DNA of 64,000 bases, taken from the NCBI GenBank assembly GCA_976551045.1, contig CDPCPM010000023.1, positions 9,734,001 through 9,798,000 on the forward strand. The letters run 5' to 3'. This document shows, piece after piece, positions 27,491 to 37,370 of this stretch. The notes under the pieces are model-generated. The model searched no databases, had not been told where the DNA came from, and saw only the letters and a list, made by a program, of their open reading frames with translations. The stretch comes from Glaucostegus cemiculus. Lineage: Eukaryota. Within the stretch, counting starts at the first letter, position 1; the number at the start of each line of letters is the position of its first letter. The translations under genes and the position numbers were made by a program.

Positions 27491-28069
27491 GTGCATAGAA
27501 ATTTCTCCTGTCAGGGGGCTGGGAATCTCTGGAATTTTCCATCCCAGAAAGTGGTAGAGGCCAGATCATTATATATATTTTTTAAGTTGGAGATAGATAA
27601 ATATTTGAAAGATCGAGGAATCGAGGGTTATGAGGAGCTGGCACAAAAGAGGATTTGAGGCCAAAGATCAGCCATGATCATATTGAAAGATGGGGCAGGT
27701 TAGAAGGGCCTCGCGGCCTATCCTCCGACTTTTTTGTGTACAGTAGGACTGGCCAGTTGTGTTACAAACAGAAAAAGTGAGTTACCTGAAATTGTTGAAT
27801 TCAACATTGAGTCCTGAAGGCTGCAATGTTCTCAAGCAGAAGAAGAGGCATGGTTCCTCAAGCTGCACTGAAACAGTGCAGACAGATAGGTCAGAGTGGG
27901 AATGGAATACAGAATTAAAGTGGCAGCTGAATAGTCTTCAGTTTGAAACATTAGTTCTGTTTCTCTTTACACAGATGTTACCTGACTTGCTGGATGTTTT
28001 GAGGATTTTCTCTTTTTTTTAGATTCTCATATCTGCAGGTTTTATTGATTTTCCTGAATACTACACTTA

Positions 28070-30858
28070 TGGCTTTTGTCCAGCTCTGCAATCTTCAGCA
28101 GGATTCACTCCATTCCATCCTCGCCCACTTACTTCCAAATAATTTCCCTAGAAATTTCCTCTCACAGCTCCAAAACTTTGCATTGTGTTACTGAAAACCT
28201 GGTTAGCCACAATTTTCTGCACATTCCTGGGTGTCTTAACACCTGTTGGGAGGTTTGACTCCTCACTGATTGGGAGGTTTCTGCTCTCCCCGTCACCTTT
28301 ATTTCTCGTGTAAATCTTAACAACATCAGCAATGGTGCAATACACAACCCCACCAGTCTGAAAAACACAACAGTTCCTATTTACTCAAGGAAGAGTCAAT
28401 CTCAGCATTAGTTTCCCCACATCTCTAGAATTAAGCGCCTAGAAATTTATCTCTGCATTGCCCAAATATATACCATTATGCAGATGTAGTGTTGATGTAT
28501 TTTGTGGGCATTTCTAAATGAGTCCTACTGAGGCATCAGTCTCTTGATGTGAATATTTCATGTACCCTAGTATTGTTTCTCGGATGTCTGACTCACTTAA
28601 GTGATGTCAGCAATTATGAAATGCCCAAAATTTGTTTTGTTCATGCTTTACTGCAGGAGCAGAGGGACGTCAGGGACTGTTGGGTACACTGCTTCACAGA
28701 GACATGGCTCACTCCCAGCACTCCGGACACAGTGCACCAGCCTGAGGGCTTCACCATCTACTGCAATGGACTGGTCAGCGGCATCCGGTAAAGGCAGGGG
28801 CGGCGGCGTTTGCTTCATGATTAACCATCACGGTGCGCAGACGCGGCAGTTCTGTCACAGTCCTGCTCCCCTGACCTGGAACATCTGGCAGTCAAGTCTC
28901 ATCCATTCTACCTGCCAAGGGAGTTCTCCACTGTCATCCTGGTAGCGGTGTACATTCCACCCCTGGTAAATGTCAAGCTGGCACTGGAGGAGCCGAGCAC
29001 TGTGATCAACAGTCACGAGACAGTGCACCCTGATGCCTTCCCGATCATCACGGGGGGACTTCAACCAGGCCAGTCTCTGATGAGCTACCACCAACATGTC
29101 ACCTGCAGAACCAGAGGAGCCAACACGCTTGATCACTGCTACCTCACCATTAACAACGCTTACCGTGCCATCCCACATCCACACCTTGGCAAATCTGATC
29201 ACCTGGCTGTACTTCTGCTCCCGACATATGGGTAGAGACTGAAGACTGCAGCACCAGTGGTGAGGACTGCAAGGTATGGTCAAGCGAGACGGAGGAGTGT
29301 TTACAGGACTGCTTTGAATCAGTGGACTGGACCATATTCAGGGATTCATCTTCGGATCTGAATGAATATGCCGTGGCCGTCACTGACAGGAGTGAGACAA
29401 ATCGGCTGGTTCAGTGGTGTCGCTAAAACAATCCTGCAGTCAACGTCAGCAAGACCAAGGAAGTGATTGTGGGCTTCAGGAAGGGGAAGTCGAGAGAACA
29501 CACACTAGTGTTCATTGGGCGGTCAGTGGTGGAAGGGGTGAGCAGCTTAAAATTCCCAGGTGTCAACATCTCAGAGGATCTATCCTGGGCCCAACACATT
29601 GACGCAATCATGAAGAAGGCACATCAGTGGCTCTACTTCATTAGGAGTTTGAGGAGATTTGGTATGTCACCAAAGACTCTTGCAAATTTCTACAGATGTA
29701 CGGTGGAGAGCATCCTGACTGGTTGCATCACTGCCTGGTATGGAGGCTCCAATGTGCAGAATCACAAGAGGCTGCAGAGGGTTGTAGACTCAGCCAGCTC
29801 CATCGCGGGCACAACCCTCCCCACCGTTGAGGACATCTTCAAGAGACGGTGCCTCAGGAAGGTGGCATCCATCATTAAGGACCCTCACCATCCGGGACAG
29901 ATCTTTGAAACCAGCACTTAAAGGGACATGCCACTAATATAACCAACACTCTTTCAGCTATGTGGGAGTGTCGCCAATGATGGGAGGGAGCAGAAGATTG
30001 TTCCTGGGGGAATCAGATGACAGGCCAGGGAAGAACAGTACTTGTGAGAAGCATGTTCTTTTGGTAGGGAGTGGGATGGGATGTATGGAGACCCTGCAAG
30101 TACTCTTGGCAGGAAATCGTAGAAAAGTCTCTGTAGGAGCATTATAAGAGTGTCTGCACTATGGAGAAGCCTGCAAATTCTCACACCTGCTTTGCCTGCT
30201 CATGTGGAAAAGCAGATGAAGGCTCCTCTGTTTGAGTGTGAAGTTTAAATAATGGCTCTAAGGTAGCAGAGAGCAACAGATTGTGAGGAGTAGCAGAGAT
30301 CAGAAGCAGCAGCCTGGAATGATCCTGAGGGTGGGAAGCTGAGACTGACTGTGACCCTGGCCACCCCCGCCCCTGCCCCCACCCCCCCCCCCAAGGCAAA
30401 GCAAGATGAGATTGTATTTGAGATTGTCGGAGGTCAGAAATCTCAGTATGGACAAAGAATGCAATTTGAATGTAGGGCTTTTAAATTGCACAGGGTGTGT
30501 ACAGGGCTTAGTAAAATCTGTGAGTAAATAGGAACTGTTTTTTTCATACCAGTGAGACTGGAAATCTCACTACAGAGGACCTCTGTGTATTGCACCACTG
30601 TTAATGTTATTAAGATTTACACTAGAAGTAAAGGTGCTAGGGTGAGCAGAAATCTCCCAACCAACAAAGAGACAAATTTCCCAACAGGTGCTAAGACACC
30701 CAGAAATGTGCAGAAAATTGTAGTAACTGTATTTTCAGCATACAATGTGAATTTCTGGAGCTGTGCGAGCAAATTTCTGAAGAAGTGATTCAGAAGTGCG
30801 TGGGTGGGGATGAGATGGAGTGAATCCTGTGGAAGAATGCAGTAGCTGGATAAATCAT
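28070..30858. mobile_element. Non-autonomous DNA transposon with ~320-340 bp inverted repeats (28070-28388 / 30520-30858), a Myb/SANT-like relic (~29975-30180, +) and a nested Rex1 fragment; Harbinger-related
   Basis: The arms translate to the same pseudo-peptide on opposite strands (KIYTR.KG..SRNLP...PTG.KTPRNVQKIV). Inner ends AACAGTTCCTATTTACTCA and TGAGTAAATAGGAACTGTT are exact reverse complements. Internal frameshifted EKHVL..WQEIVEK. Confidence 0.7.
28650..29900 (+). mobile_element. Rex1/Babar-type LINE fragment with an internal deletion of most of the RT
   Basis: Endonuclease motifs CFTETWL, GGGVCFMIN, VYIPP, TRGANTLDHCY, GKSDH are joined at ~29387 directly to the post-RT region SKTKEVIV..LYFIRSLRRFG..FYRCTVESILT..KDPHHPG. 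Confidence 0.85.
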
Positions 30859-31072
30859 CTGTGATTTGAAAGGCCTATGCTCAACGAGGTAGTCACATTG
30901 AGATAAGAGGATCACCAATCTCTGCATCCTGGAAGCTGCAGAACGTGATTGGTTGGACCAATTTTGGCTAATAAACTTTTGTGCTCTGTGACCCAAGTGA
31001 AAGATCTTCCTGGTAGAAGATAGTAAAACTTATTCACTCCAAAAATGATGGATAGTGCTTCTTTCCCTAATT

Positions 31073-31690
31073 AGAACATAGAATATAGAAAAACTACAGC
31101 ACAATTCAGGCCCTTCGGCCCACAAAGCTGTGCCGAACACATCCCTACACTAGAAGTTACTGGGCATTCCCATAGCCCTCTATTTTACTTATCTCCATGT
31201 ACCTATCTAACAGTCTCTTGAAAGACCCTATTGTATCTGCCTCCACCACTGCTTCTGGCAGCCCATTCCACGCACTCACCACTCTCTGAGTAAAAAACTT
31301 ACCCCTGACATCTCCTCTATATCTACTCCCCCAGCACCTTAAACCTATGTCCTCTTGTGGCTACCATTTCAGCCCTGGGGAAGAGCCTCTGACTATCTAC
31401 ACGATCAATACCTCTCATCATCTTATATACCTCTATCAGGTCTCCCCTTATCCTCCTTCTCTCCAAGGACAAAAGGCCGAGTTCCCGCAACCCGCATTCC
31501 ATTCCGCTCCGCATTCCAGGCAGCATCCTCGTAAACCTCCTCTGCACCCTCTCTATGGCTTCCACATCTTTCCTGTAGTGAGGTGACCAGAACTGAACAC
31601 AATACTCCAAGTGGGGTCTGACCAGGGACCTACATAACTGAAGCAATACCTCCCGGCTCCTAAATTCAATCCTGCGACTGATGAAGGACA
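31073..31690 (-). mobile_element. CR1 3' fragment inserted into the Gypsy RNase H region
   Basis: ORF LVRPHLEYCVQFWSPHYRKD...RGDLIEVYK; 3' hairpin GGGCCGAAGGGCC and TTCTATG-type tail at ~31073-31090. Confidence 0.9.
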
Positions 31691-32759
31691 ATACTGTTCT
31701 CCTTTATTGAAAGTGTGGGATGCAAATTATACAGTTTTGTCCAGAACATGTCTAATAACAGCGGGCAGTCCATGGTTTAAGGCTAAACGTGCAAGCTTCA
31801 ATGTCCTTGTCATGCCATGGTGTGACAGTAAGGATCCTCTCCTTAAGCTTTGTTTGTGTAAGTTTTGTGCTGTCTGCCGATTCTCATTCCATCTCTGTTA
31901 TTCATTTTTTTTCAATCCGTTACTGCAGTAGCTTGGATACCATTGCTGAATCAGGTAACAATCTTGAGTAATAGCAAACCATACCAAAAAGGACTGAGCT
32001 CTGATTTGTCTTTTGGTCTCTTCCCCTTTTCCAAAGGTTTCAGCTTTGTCCTTGACAGATTGTAAAGCATTGATGTCTGCTTTTTACCTGACATGGGCAA
32101 CTTCTAGTTGGACTGAAGAACACTTAGGTTATATAAATTTCACACTACAGTGGTAGAATTGTTTGAGGTGTCTTCTAAAGTGCCCAGATTGTTTTCCTTG
32201 GCAGCAATGTTAATGGGATCACTTTGGTTACACAGGCTCTGGTTTATGCCTTGTAGGATCCTGTCCATTGTCAACTGGAAAACTTTCTGTGGCAGCTTAA
32301 TTCCAAAAGGCAATTTTGTATAAAAGTACAGACCTATTTGCTTATTTATGGTAGATTAATACTGATTTTCTTTGCATGTTGGAGCTCAGAGAGTCTAACT
32401 TTATGAAGAACTTGGTTCCCACCAGTTCTATGCTAAGGTCTCATGACATTGGAACTGGGAACTGCTTGTCATCGACCAGCCAGCCACGGGTAACTTTACA
32501 TAATCTGACTGTCTTGTCAGCCTCAGATACTAGCATGATCAGGGCTGCCCATTTTCTCTTACTTGCCTTCACTAGGACCCCTCACTTGCCTGATTCTTCA
32601 TCTGACTGAACTTTTTGTGAATACAACACTGATTACAGTTAACAAGATATTGGTATGCTTTTGGGCTCGATGTGTACGCCTGTCTTGCTGACAGTATTGC
32701 CAGTAGAAGCACCCTCCAAAAATTTCTTCATGTTTGTCTAATTATGTTTCAAAATGTTA

Positions 32760-33164
32760 AGGGATATCACGAACCGGTTCCAGAATATCCTGAGGGGAGA
32801 GGGGGAACAGCCAGAGGTCTTGGTACATGTTGGCACCAATGACATAGGCAGGAAAGGAGAAGGGGTCCTGAAGGAAGAATACAGAGAGTTAGGAAGAAAG
32901 TTGAGGAGAAGGACCCCTAAGGTGGTAATCTCAGGATTGCTGCCTGTGCCACGCGCAAGCAGTAGCAGGAACAGAAAGATTTGGCAAATAAACGCGTGGC
33001 TTAGTGACTGGTGCAGGGGGCAGGGCTTCAGATTCCTGGACCATTGGGACCTTTTTTGGGGGAGGGACGACCTATACTGCAAGGATGGGTTACACCTCAA
33101 CTCAAAAGGGTCCAGAGTCCTGGCGGGATTATTTAACATAGCTGTTGGGGAAGGTTTAAACTAA
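32760..33164 (+). CDS. CR1 ORF1, C-terminal SGNH/GDSL esterase-like domain (5'-truncated)
   Basis: Motifs VLVHVGTNDIGR and DGLHLN; ends GEGLN*; no internal stops. Confidence 0.85.
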   Translation, partial: RDITNRFQNILRGEGEQPEVLVHVGTNDIGRKGEGVLKEEYRELGRKLRRRTPKVVISGLLPVPRASSSRNRKIWQINAWLSDWCRGQGFRFLDHWDLFWGRDDLYCKDGLHLNSKGSRVLAGLFNIAVGEGLN

Positions 33165-33247
33165 TCAAGCAGGGGGATGGGACCCAGAATATTAGGGTAA
33201 AAGTAGATAGAGGAAGGCAAGAGTTAAATAAAAACAGGTCAAAGTTA

Positions 33248-36200
33248 GTGCGTGATCAGGATGGCAAGACGGACAGGCAGGTGATTAATCAAGGTAACAT
33301 GCTGAATGACAATAGTACAGTAAATGAGGATGTTAGGTCACAGAATGTTAGACGAGAGGTGGAGGCAGATAAAAAGAAGTCCATGACAGTGAGCAGTCAG
33401 GATCGAAAGAAGGGCGAGGAAATGGAAATTAAGGATAAGTTGCTCAAGAAAGGAAGCGCAGCAAAATCAACAGTGGTTAATGAGCTAAAGGTATTATACT
33501 TAAATGCACGTAGCATCAGGAACAAGGCAGATGAACTAGCAGCACAGCTGCAGATTAATAAATATGACATTGTGGCAATTACTGAGTCGTGGCTGCATGA
33601 TGGATGTGACTGGGAGCTCAATGTCCAGGGGTACACAGTGTATAGGAAGGATAGGCGGGAAGGTAGAGGGGGTGGTGTGGCCATGATGGTTAGTAATGAG
33701 ATAAAATCAATAGAAAGGAAGGATATTAGGTCAGATGAAGTGGAAACTTTATGGGTGGAGCTAAGGAATAGCAAGAGTAAGAGGACAGTTGTAGCTGTTG
33801 TATATAGGCCCCCTAATAGCAATCAGGAGGTAGACCATAAGTTGCGGTTAGAGATAGAAAAGGCATGTCAGAGTGACAATATCAAAATAATTATGGGTGA
33901 CTTTAACATGAAGGTGGACTGGGAAACCCAGCAAGGCAGCAGTTCTCAGGAGAGCGAGTTTGTTGAATGTTTACGGGATGGCTTTTTGGAACAACTTGTT
34001 GATGAGCCCACCAGGGGATCGGCTGTTTTGGATTGGGTGTTGTGTAATGAACCGGAGGTGATTAGAGAACTAAGGGTAAAGGAACCATTAGGAACTAGTG
34101 ACCATAATATGATTGAGTTCAGAATGAAATTTGAAAAGGAGAAGCTGATGACTGGAGTGTCGACATTTCAGTGGAACAAGGGGAATTACAGAAGGATGAG
34201 AGAAGAGTTGGCCCAGATTGATTGGGAATATAAGCTCGCTGGAGGGACGGCCGAACATAAATGGGTGGAATTTAAGCAAGTAATAAAGAAAATGCAGGAC
34301 AGACACATTCCAAGAAAAAAGAAGGTTTTAAATGGAAAAAGGGCACAAATGTGGATAACGAGAGAGGTGAAAGCTAAAATAAGAGCAAAAGGGAGGGCAT
34401 ATAAGGTAGCGAGAAAAAGCAGAAAAAAGGAAGACTGGGAAACTTTTAAGAACCTACAGAAAGAAACTAAGAAGGTCATTAGAAAAGAAAAGAGAAATTA
34501 CGAAATGAAATTGGCAGAAAATATTCAAAAGGATACTAAGAGTTTTTTTAAATATATAAGAAGCAAAAGAGAGACGCGGGTTGATATAGGACCGATAGAA
34601 AATGAGGTGGGAGAGATTATTATGGGTGATAAAGAGATGGCGGAGGTGCTAAATCAGTATTTTGCGTCGGTCTTCACGGTAGAAGATATTAACAATATAC
34701 CGGTTAGTCAAGGGTCTCGAGGGACGGAATTAAAGACAGTTAAGGTTACGAGAGAGAAAGTGTTGGGGAAGCTAAATGGGTTAAAGACTGATAAGTCTCC
34801 GGGACCAGATGAGATACATCCCCGTGTACTGAAGGAAGTAGCTCTAGAAATAGTGGAGGCATTAGTGATAATTTTTCAGGAATCGATAGACGCTGGAGAG
34901 GTGCCGGAGGACTGGAGGGTCGCGAATGTAGTTCCATTGTATAAGAAAGGTGGGAGACAGCACAGAGGAAATTACAGACCTATCAGTCTTACATCTGTGG
35001 TGGGGAAGATACTAGAATCGATCCTCAAGGATGAGGTGATGGGATACATGGAGGTGCAAGGCAAGATAGGTCCTAGTCAACATGGATTCGTGAAGGGAAG
35101 ATCCTGCCTGACCAATTTATTGGAGTTTTTTGAAGAAATCTCAGGCAGGGTGGACAAGGGAGAGGCCGTAGATGTAGTGTATTTAGACTTTCAGAAGGCA
35201 TTCGACAAGGTGCCGCACAAAAGACTAATTAGTAAGATGAGAGATCACGGAATAACGGGCAGGATAACAGAATGGGTGGAGAGTTGGCTGGATGGCAGAA
35301 AACAGAGGGTGGGAATAAAAGGATCATGTTCTGGTTGGCTGCCGGTTACTAGTGGTGTTCCGCAGGGGTCGGTGTTGGGGCCCCTTCTTTTTACCTTATA
35401 TATTAATGATTTAGACGAAGGAGTCAATGGGTTTGTGGCCAAGTTTGCAGATGACACTAAGATTGGGGGAGGAGTGGAGAGTATTGAGGAGACAGGAAAG
35501 TTACAGAGAGACTTGGATATTCTAGGAGAATGGGCGAAGAAATGGCAGATGAGGTTCAACGTGGAAAAATGTGCAGTTGTACACTTCGGAAGTAGAAATG
35601 GAAGGGCAGACTATTATCTAGAAGGAGATAAAATTGGAAGCACAGAAGTACAAAGGGACTTAGGGGTGCTCGTACAGGATAACCTAAAGGTTAACCGCCA
35701 GGTTGGATCGGCAGTAAGGAAAGCGAATGCTATGTTGGCATTTATTTCGAGGGGTATAGTATATAAAAGCAAGGAAGTGTTGATGAGGCTATATGGGGCA
35801 CTGGTGAGGCCTCACTTGGAGTACTGTGTGCAGTTTTGGGCCCCATACCTTAGGAAGGATGTGCTGATGTTGGAGAGGGTTCAGAGGAGATTTACTAGGA
35901 TGATTCCTGGGATGAAAAAGTTTACATATGACGAGCGACTGTCGTCACTTGGACTGTACTCGTTGGAGTACAGAAGAATGAGAGGGGACCTAATAGAAAC
36001 GTACAAGATGTTGAAAGGAATGGATCAAGTGAATGTGGTCAAGCTGTTTCCCTTGGTGGGGGAATCCAGGACTAGAGGACACAACCTTAGAATTAGAGGA
36101 AGCAGGTTCACAACAGAGATAAGGAGGAATTTCTTTAGCCAGAGGGTGGTGAACCTGTGGAACTCCTTACCACAGAGAGCAGTGGAAGCCAGATCATTGG

Positions 36201-36283
36201 GGATATTCAAGAAGGAAATAGATAGATATCTAATTGGTCAAGGTATCAGGGGATATGGAGATAAGGCAGGGATTTGGACTTAG
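33248..36283 (+). CDS. CR1 ORF2: AP-endonuclease plus reverse transcriptase, ~1011 aa uninterrupted (frame open from 33137; first ATG at 33299)
   Basis: Endonuclease motifs YLNARS, ITESWL, GDFN, SDH; RT motifs YRPISLTS, YLDFQKAFD, PQGSVLGP, FADD; CR1 C-terminus RPHLEYCVQFW. Confidence 0.95.
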   Translation: MRDQDGKTDRQVINQGNMLNDNSTVNEDVRSQNVRREVEADKKKSMTVSSQDRKKGEEMEIKDKLLKKGSAAKSTVVNELKVLYLNARSIRNKADELAAQLQINKYDIVAITESWLHDGCDWELNVQGYTVYRKDRREGRGGGVAMMVSNEIKSIERKDIRSDEVETLWVELRNSKSKRTVVAVVYRPPNSNQEVDHKLRLEIEKACQSDNIKIIMGDFNMKVDWETQQGSSSQESEFVECLRDGFLEQLVDEPTRGSAVLDWVLCNEPEVIRELRVKEPLGTSDHNMIEFRMKFEKEKLMTGVSTFQWNKGNYRRMREELAQIDWEYKLAGGTAEHKWVEFKQVIKKMQDRHIPRKKKVLNGKRAQMWITREVKAKIRAKGRAYKVARKSRKKEDWETFKNLQKETKKVIRKEKRNYEMKLAENIQKDTKSFFKYIRSKRETRVDIGPIENEVGEIIMGDKEMAEVLNQYFASVFTVEDINNIPVSQGSRGTELKTVKVTREKVLGKLNGLKTDKSPGPDEIHPRVLKEVALEIVEALVIIFQESIDAGEVPEDWRVANVVPLYKKGGRQHRGNYRPISLTSVVGKILESILKDEVMGYMEVQGKIGPSQHGFVKGRSCLTNLLEFFEEISGRVDKGEAVDVVYLDFQKAFDKVPHKRLISKMRDHGITGRITEWVESWLDGRKQRVGIKGSCSGWLPVTSGVPQGSVLGPLLFTLYINDLDEGVNGFVAKFADDTKIGGGVESIEETGKLQRDLDILGEWAKKWQMRFNVEKCAVVHFGSRNGRADYYLEGDKIGSTEVQRDLGVLVQDNLKVNRQVGSAVRKANAMLAFISRGIVYKSKEVLMRLYGALVRPHLEYCVQFWAPYLRKDVLMLERVQRRFTRMIPGMKKFTYDERLSSLGLYSLEYRRMRGDLIETYKMLKGMDQVNVVKLFPLVGESRTRGHNLRIRGSRFTTEIRRNFFSQRVVNLWNSLPQRAVEARSLGIFKKEIDRYLIGQGIRGYGDKAGIWT

Positions 36284-36563
36284 AATAGTAGGTTTTTTTT
36301 TTTGTTTTTTTTTTTTTTTTTTTCTCCCCCCCCCCCCCCCCCACCTTCCCTTCCCTTTGGAGCAGACTCGATGGGCCGACTGGCCTGCTTCTGCTCCATT
36401 ATCTTGTGATCTTGTGATCTTGTGATCTTCATGGACGCAAAATACATTTTCCAATGAAATTTCAGTTTCCTTAGCCAATTTTTGTGCGGTACAGTCAGTC
36501 GCTATGCGTAGTCAATTGCAATTATTGGCAGTTCTAATTGTTGGCCACTGTAGGTTTTTAATG

Positions 36564-36850
36564 CAACACATAAAACGCTGGAGCAATTCAGGTGGACCAG
36601 GCAGCGTCTGCAGTCTCCTGCGTTTACAGTTTGCTACTCTACTGTGAAGTCTCTTCAAGGTATTGCTGACTTTGAAGAAGTTCTCCTCCTCTCTTAGATG
36701 GTTCTGTGAGAACCTCTCTCGCTGATTCACCCTCTGTGGTTCCTGCTGCTCTCCTGCTCTTCAACATAGACGCTGCCTGGCCCGCTGAGTTCCTCCAGCG
36801 TTTTGTGTGTTGCTCCAGATTCTGGCATCTGCAGTCTCTTGTGTCTCTCT
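36564..36850. mobile_element. Short fold-back Penelope-derived insertion with a 16-bp TSD, inside the Gypsy protease region
   Basis: Inverted arms 36564-36609 and 36768-36814; TSD CTGTAGGTTTTTAATG (36548-36563) and CTGTAGGTTTTCAATG (36851-36866). Confidence 0.75.
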
Positions 36851-36894
36851 CTGTAGGTTTTCAATGGTTTCTTGTTGCTAGCCTATTCCCTGTG

Positions 36895-37370
36895 ATGATG
36901 GAGAGATCCAGGAAGGGAATGGAAGGGTCAGAAGCGGACTACATAAAAGTGAGAGCGGACTGGAAATTGGCAGCAAAAATAATGAAATTCTAGACCTGTC
37001 TGACTGCAGGAAGCAGCATTAATGCAGTCGTCATTTATACCAGAAAGAGTTGAGGAAGAGAGTTCAAGCTGGACTGAAATAAAAATTGTCCAAATATCTC
37101 ACAAAAAGACAAAGATAGCTTGGGCCCCTGTGAGATTCCATAACTGCATCTTTGTGCTGAAGAAAGTGACCGGAGTTGAAGGGGATGTTCAATGTAGGGA
37201 CAAACTCAGCCAGGGAAACGAGTGTGTTGTTTGGGGGGAACTGACTGGGCTTCTGTCCAAGAAAGGAGTGGCAGGTCAGACCATCCTGCTATGGGATGGA
37301 GGTTGGGATTGTATGTTCATGGTAAAGGTGATCCAGACCAGAGAATTGGAAACCAGGGAATCTCAAATGG
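36895..37370 (-). mobile_element. Penelope-like element RT fragment
   Basis: Minus-strand FNSGHFLQHKDAVMESHRGPSYLCLFVRY resembles the Penelope motif F..HFLQ.KG.AMG..MGPSYA.LF. Confidence 0.75.

Larger units (their letters stand above)
26690..27730 (+). mobile_element. CR1 3' fragment
   Basis: KKANGMLAF, LHLEYC and the 3' hairpin; same subfamily as 59725-60612. Confidence 0.8.
32760..36429 (+). mobile_element. Young 5'-truncated CR1 LINE: ORF1 C-terminus, intact ORF2 and 3' UTR
   Basis: Esterase-type ORF1 end followed by an APE-RT ORF2. The 3' UTR carries GGGCCGACTGGCC and ends in an (ATCTTGTG)x3.5 tail at 36401-36429. Gypsy-derived sequence resumes on both sides; no TSD seen. Confidence 0.95.

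Noticed and set aside
33397-36210. Several minus-strand ORFs inside the CR1
   Set aside because: Shadow ORFs of the purine-rich ORF2.
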